A stretch of DNA of 60,482 nucleotides from a virus. Taxonomy: Duplodnaviria > Caudoviricetes. Shown here in pieces: positions 57,181-60,482 of the stretch (positions within the stretch are counted from its first letter, which is position 1; each line of letters starts with the position of its first letter). The notes below the pieces were generated by a model. That model ran no database searches, was not told where the DNA came from, and saw only the letters and a program-made list of their open reading frames with translations. The DNA lies in IMG/VR virus record IMGVR_UViG_3300040733_000119, positions 1 through 60,482 of that record; one strand, written 5' to 3'. The translations under genes and the position numbers were made by a program.

Positions 57181-57630
57181 ATGAATACCTATAAATTGCA
57201 GCGTATTGAAACTCACATAGTGCGGGATCCTGCCTACAACTCTCATTTAAAGCAGGTCATCGAGAGTTCTAATGATGCCTACGGGTTTGTCAAGGACCTG
57301 CAGGATGAAGCAGTTGAGAAATTCGTCGGTATCTTTTTGAACCAGCGGAATCGTGTTCTGGCAGTTATTGTCCTCTTCAGCGGCGGGACAAGTGAATCAG
57401 TAGTAGATCCAAAAGTCGTTTTCAAAACAGCGCTCGATCTTGGAGCTTCCGGAATAATCATCGCGCATAATCATCCCAGCGGTGATCCCAATCCATCTGC
57501 AGAGGATAAGGCTATCACGAACAAGTTAGCATCTGGTGCAAGATTCCTCGATATGCGCATCCTCGATCATCTGATCATTGGTTTTGACAAATACTTCAGC
57601 ATGGCCGATGAAGGGATCATGAATTCTTAA
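57181..57630 (+). CDS. RadC-like JAB domain protein
   Basis: E, HNHPSG.P.PS.ED, LDHLIIG. Confidence 0.92.
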   Translation: MNTYKLQRIETHIVRDPAYNSHLKQVIESSNDAYGFVKDLQDEAVEKFVGIFLNQRNRVLAVIVLFSGGTSESVVDPKVVFKTALDLGASGIIIAHNHPSGDPNPSAEDKAITNKLASGARFLDMRILDHLIIGFDKYFSMADEGIMNS

Positions 57631-57809
57631 TGAAGAGCGCCCCTATTTCTTCGAATAATTCAAAAGAATGGGGCTTCGCATATGTTTTCAAGTACGCTAA
57701 ACCATAATTCGACGCCTGCAGGCAAAATGCAGCTGTGTACAATGAACCCAGAAGAGTATGGAGCTAAAAATTCATCAAACATCTGAGTTAGTAAAATTAT
57801 AATATTCTC

Positions 57810-57938
57810 TTGACATTGTTGAAGGAAATTGTTACTATACATTTAGTGAGGTGAACGATTTTTAAATCGTGTGAGGGATATGGGGAAGCCGTCTTTGAAT
57901 GGCATTGATTAAATGCAAGTTTAGTCTATGCCTTTTTT
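57810..57938 (+). ncRNA. Putative small RNA D with its own promoter and terminator
   Basis: TTGACA-17-TACTAT; GAGGGATATGG core as in RNA B; stem 57901-57932 plus T6. Confidence 0.4.
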
Positions 57939-58112
57939 ATTTTCAGTGTGTTCTGTTGGCTGTCATTTTTGATAATAGCTTCAGAAGATAGGTTCAAAAA
58001 GGACATTATTCAGACTGTGATAATATTCTTATTATTCGCAATTCGTTATAACAAACTAATAATTTGTTAATTAGACCATCCATGCAGTTTTAAAACATCG
58101 GAGGATATTAAA

Positions 58113-58532
58113 ATGCCTATCACATTGGAGGAAACACTTCGCCGTAAAATGGAAGAAGGTGCCCGCAAGAGACTTGGTTTAAGTCTCCATGAGCCGTTAC
58201 CTGTTGAAATTAAAAAAATGATTGATGAGAACGCAAAAAAAACAGCGTCGAGTGCAATTCAAACCGGTATTTCAACGGATGCAGAATTGGAGGCGAGAAA
58301 AGTTACACGAGCAAAGGCATTGGAAGATATTCCTGCAAAGATAAAAGACGTACTATCTGGTATTGATGCAATAGTATTATCGGATGATGTACTCGAAGTA
58401 TTAAAGAAACGAGCAAAACTTTTATTTGAAAAAAGAAAAGCATTAATAGATGTTGGATTCAGTGAGGAAGACGCTATGAAGATACTGCTCGCTGATCTAA
58501 ATAGCGGTTTTAAACCGCGGGGGAACCAATGA
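58113..58532 (+). CDS. Hypothetical protein (moron)
   Basis: SD GGAGG; ALIDVGFSEEDAMKIL. Confidence 0.65.
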   Translation: MPITLEETLRRKMEEGARKRLGLSLHEPLPVEIKKMIDENAKKTASSAIQTGISTDAELEARKVTRAKALEDIPAKIKDVLSGIDAIVLSDDVLEVLKKRAKLLFEKRKALIDVGFSEEDAMKILLADLNSGFKPRGNQ

Positions 58533-59623
58533 GTTGGTGGGATGACGTCGGAGATGCAATTTCTGATGGTGCGGATTACGTCGCTGACGCAGTATCAGAT
58601 GGTGCAGATGCAGTAGGAGATGCTCTTTCTGACTGTGCTGACACTGTGGGCGATGTATTAGAGGATGCTGGCGAATCTCTTGAAGATATTGCCGATGACA
58701 TAATTGATAATCTTAATGATGGGATTGACTCATTATCTGACGCAGCCAATGATTCAATTCAGGGTATCGGTGATATTTTTGAGCAATTTTTTGACATTAT
58801 TGAATCCGCCTCAGATTCTGTGGTATATTTTATTGATGGCATAATTGAAGCAATCTCTGATGCCATTGAAGAACTATGGGCATCGCTATGTGATTACGCA
58901 GACAACATAGTAGATTTTATTTCTGAAATTGTAGAAGAGACACTTTCCTTTATCTCCGATTTCATTGAAAATGTGACCGAAATGTTGTCAACTGCCGTTG
59001 AACAAACTTTGAACTTTTTAGCAAAAACTATTGAACAGATTGTAAGTATCGGGCTCGTTGAGGCTATAATCGGATTCATTGGAAAAATAGTAATTTATAT
59101 TGTTGATCTGATAAGGGATGTGTTAGAAGCCATAATTAAAGCCCTAGCTTGTCAATTTGGTATTATTGTATATCTTAACGCTCAAGCTATTCATCAAGTA
59201 ATCAATGTCGGCAAATCAGTCCATATGTTACCAGACTCTTTCCGACAGAAACTCAGTTCATTTCTTACAGGAGATTCTTTTAGTGACGTATATTATATAG
59301 AAGGATCTAATTTAGTCGGGAATGCCTTTAACATGGATATCGCAGCAATGACATTCGGACATTTTTATCTTTCTGGCATTAAAGTAAACAGAACTGTGCT
59401 GATGGGAAGTGTATTTGATGAGAATGATTTTGGCAGCCGAGAAACAATGATTCATGAACTCGTGCATGCAAAACAAATTAATCGATATGGAGGAGAAATT
59501 GGTTTTGGGTGTATGTATGGTATCGGATTTATGGAAGGAGGATGTAGTTATAAAGGTAATCCCCTAGAGGAAGAGGCTTATAATTTTACAGATGATCATT
59601 ATGATGAAATAAATTCGATGTAA
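58529..59623 (+). CDS. Acidic amphipathic-repeat protein with a C-terminal HExxH (DUF4157/eCIS-core-like) domain
   Basis: MSWWDDVGDAI repeats; AMTFG, HELVHAKQ, NPLEEEAY. Confidence 0.75.
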   Translation: MSWWDDVGDAISDGADYVADAVSDGADAVGDALSDCADTVGDVLEDAGESLEDIADDIIDNLNDGIDSLSDAANDSIQGIGDIFEQFFDIIESASDSVVYFIDGIIEAISDAIEELWASLCDYADNIVDFISEIVEETLSFISDFIENVTEMLSTAVEQTLNFLAKTIEQIVSIGLVEAIIGFIGKIVIYIVDLIRDVLEAIIKALACQFGIIVYLNAQAIHQVINVGKSVHMLPDSFRQKLSSFLTGDSFSDVYYIEGSNLVGNAFNMDIAAMTFGHFYLSGIKVNRTVLMGSVFDENDFGSRETMIHELVHAKQINRYGGEIGFGCMYGIGFMEGGCSYKGNPLEEEAYNFTDDHYDEINSM

Positions 59624-59704
59624 ATAAGAGCTCATTAGTCAATAGCTCTTTGATGCATTCGTAGAGATGACATTTTATTATCTGCCATGGGAAATCATCC
59701 TTCA

Positions 59705-59726
59705 CGTTCCAAAATCGTTCCAAAAT
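59705..59726 (+). repeat. Tandem 11-bp repeat, candidate integrase arm sites of the prophage
   Basis: CGTTCCAAAAT x2, about 50 bp from the att core. Confidence 0.5.
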
Positions 59727-59774
59727 AGCGAAATATTTATTGTAAAAACAGGAAATAACTCGCATAAACGATGC

Positions 59775-59818
59775 AATCATAATCCATAGGTCGGGGGTTC
59801 AAATCCCTCCGCCGCTAC
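59775..59818 (+). tRNA. 3' fragment of tRNA-Met(CAT), the attR core; not a complete tRNA
   Basis: AATCATAATCC anticodon region, GGGGG-TTCAAAT-CCCTC T arm, CGCCGCTAC acceptor strand; no 5' half upstream. Confidence 0.85.
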
Positions 59819-59831
59819 TCGTAAGTGTAAT

Positions 59832-59869
59832 AAAAAGGCCAGTTAGATCAAATGCTAACTGGCCTTTTT
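59832..59869. terminator. Bidirectional terminator after the att site
   Basis: AAAAAGGCCAGTTAG-N8-CTAACTGGCCTTTTT. Confidence 0.75.
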
Positions 59870-59909
59870 ATTTGTTAAATTGGGCAATTTTAGGCACTTT
59901 TTGCCAATC

Positions 59910-59931
59910 ATCACATAAAAATCACATAAAA
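59910..59931 (+). repeat. Tandem 11-bp repeat, candidate arm sites of the neighbouring element
   Basis: ATCACATAAAA x2. Confidence 0.45.
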
Positions 59932-59993
59932 TATTTGATAATATCGGAGAGTAAAGGGGCTGGATAAACTCTGCCTGGAGTATTCGGGGTAGA

Positions 59994-60427
59994 TTAAAAA
60001 TTCACTTCTGCCAAATCCTGGCTTACATCGTCCAGGTCAATGTGTTCGTAGCGTTTGGTTGCATTCACGCTTTGATGGCGAGCCGCCTTCTGAGCGAGAA
60101 ACAAGTTTGTAGTTTCTTTTAGAATCCTGGTCACATAGGTATGGCGCATAATGTGAACCGGTGATTTTTTTCCCTCCAATCCTGCCTTTAGCAGTGCCCG
60201 CCTGAACATCCTAGAAATGGCATCGACATGATAAGGTGCTAACCTTTCCTCAGGTGTCATTTCCGGGACATGCCAATCAACAAAAACCTGGTTCAACTCT
60301 GGATGAAGAGGAAATGGAACATTCAATTCACGGTTTTTTGTCTTCGGTATCCGAATAATCATTCTCTCGAAGTCGATATCACCACGCCTGAGTTGGGCAA
60401 CCTCTGAGCGTCTCATGCCAGTATACC
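59994..60427 (-). pseudogene. C-terminal half of a second tyrosine integrase, interrupted by an IS
   Basis: YTGMRRSE, TKN, HIMRHT, ARH, RY; integrase-like sequence stops just before YTGMR. Confidence 0.8.
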
Positions 60428-60482
60428 TGTCAGCGGGCACTTTAAAAGCGGCCAGGGGTGGGCAGATCAAAAGCGGCCAGTC
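60428..60482. mobile_element. IS21-like terminal repeat (element continues beyond the window)
   Basis: Starts TGTCAGCG, contains AAAAGCGGCCAG twice, and interrupts the integrase. Confidence 0.65.

Larger units (their letters stand above)
1..59818. mobile_element. Temperate prophage (T4-like head, siphovirus-type tail) integrated at a tRNA-Met gene; attL expected just left of the window
   Basis: Integrase at left edge, complete lysogeny/replication/packaging/head/tail/lysis modules, tRNA 3' fragment at right end. Confidence 0.93.

Noticed and set aside
59740-59820. Complete tRNA gene
   Set aside because: No 5' acceptor strand or D arm and no CCA; it is an att duplication
60428-60470. N-terminus (MICPPLAAFKVPAD) of the 158-aa ORF
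   Set aside because: Read-through into the IS end, not integrase sequence

Overview
The window is almost entirely one apparently complete temperate prophage of about 59.8 kb. It runs from a tyrosine integrase at the left edge to a duplicated 3' half of a tRNA-Met (attR) at about 59775-59818. After it comes the end of a second, tandemly integrated element whose integrase is cut by an IS21-like end. Gene order is lambdoid: int, cI/cro switch, YqaJ-RecT, initiator plus DnaB, a separately promoted cassette of small genes, MTase/ParB, terminase (class 3 intein), head, siphovirus-type tail, lysis and morons. Unusual features: (1) the head is T4-like, with a gp20-type portal and a single 1040-aa ChaB-protease-scaffold-gp23-type capsid polyprotein; (2) a 12.7 kb AT-rich defence-like island splits the head operon and carries a KAP NTPase, a TIR-pentapeptide protein, two membrane pentapeptide paralogs, a HEAT-repeat protein, a lambda RexAB-like pair and an MTase-endonuclease fusion; (3) a family of promoter-short RNA-terminator units precedes the accessory cassettes; (4) a glycosyltransferase/methyltransferase cluster sits inside the tail operon. 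Family assignments come from motif recognition by eye, not from database searches.
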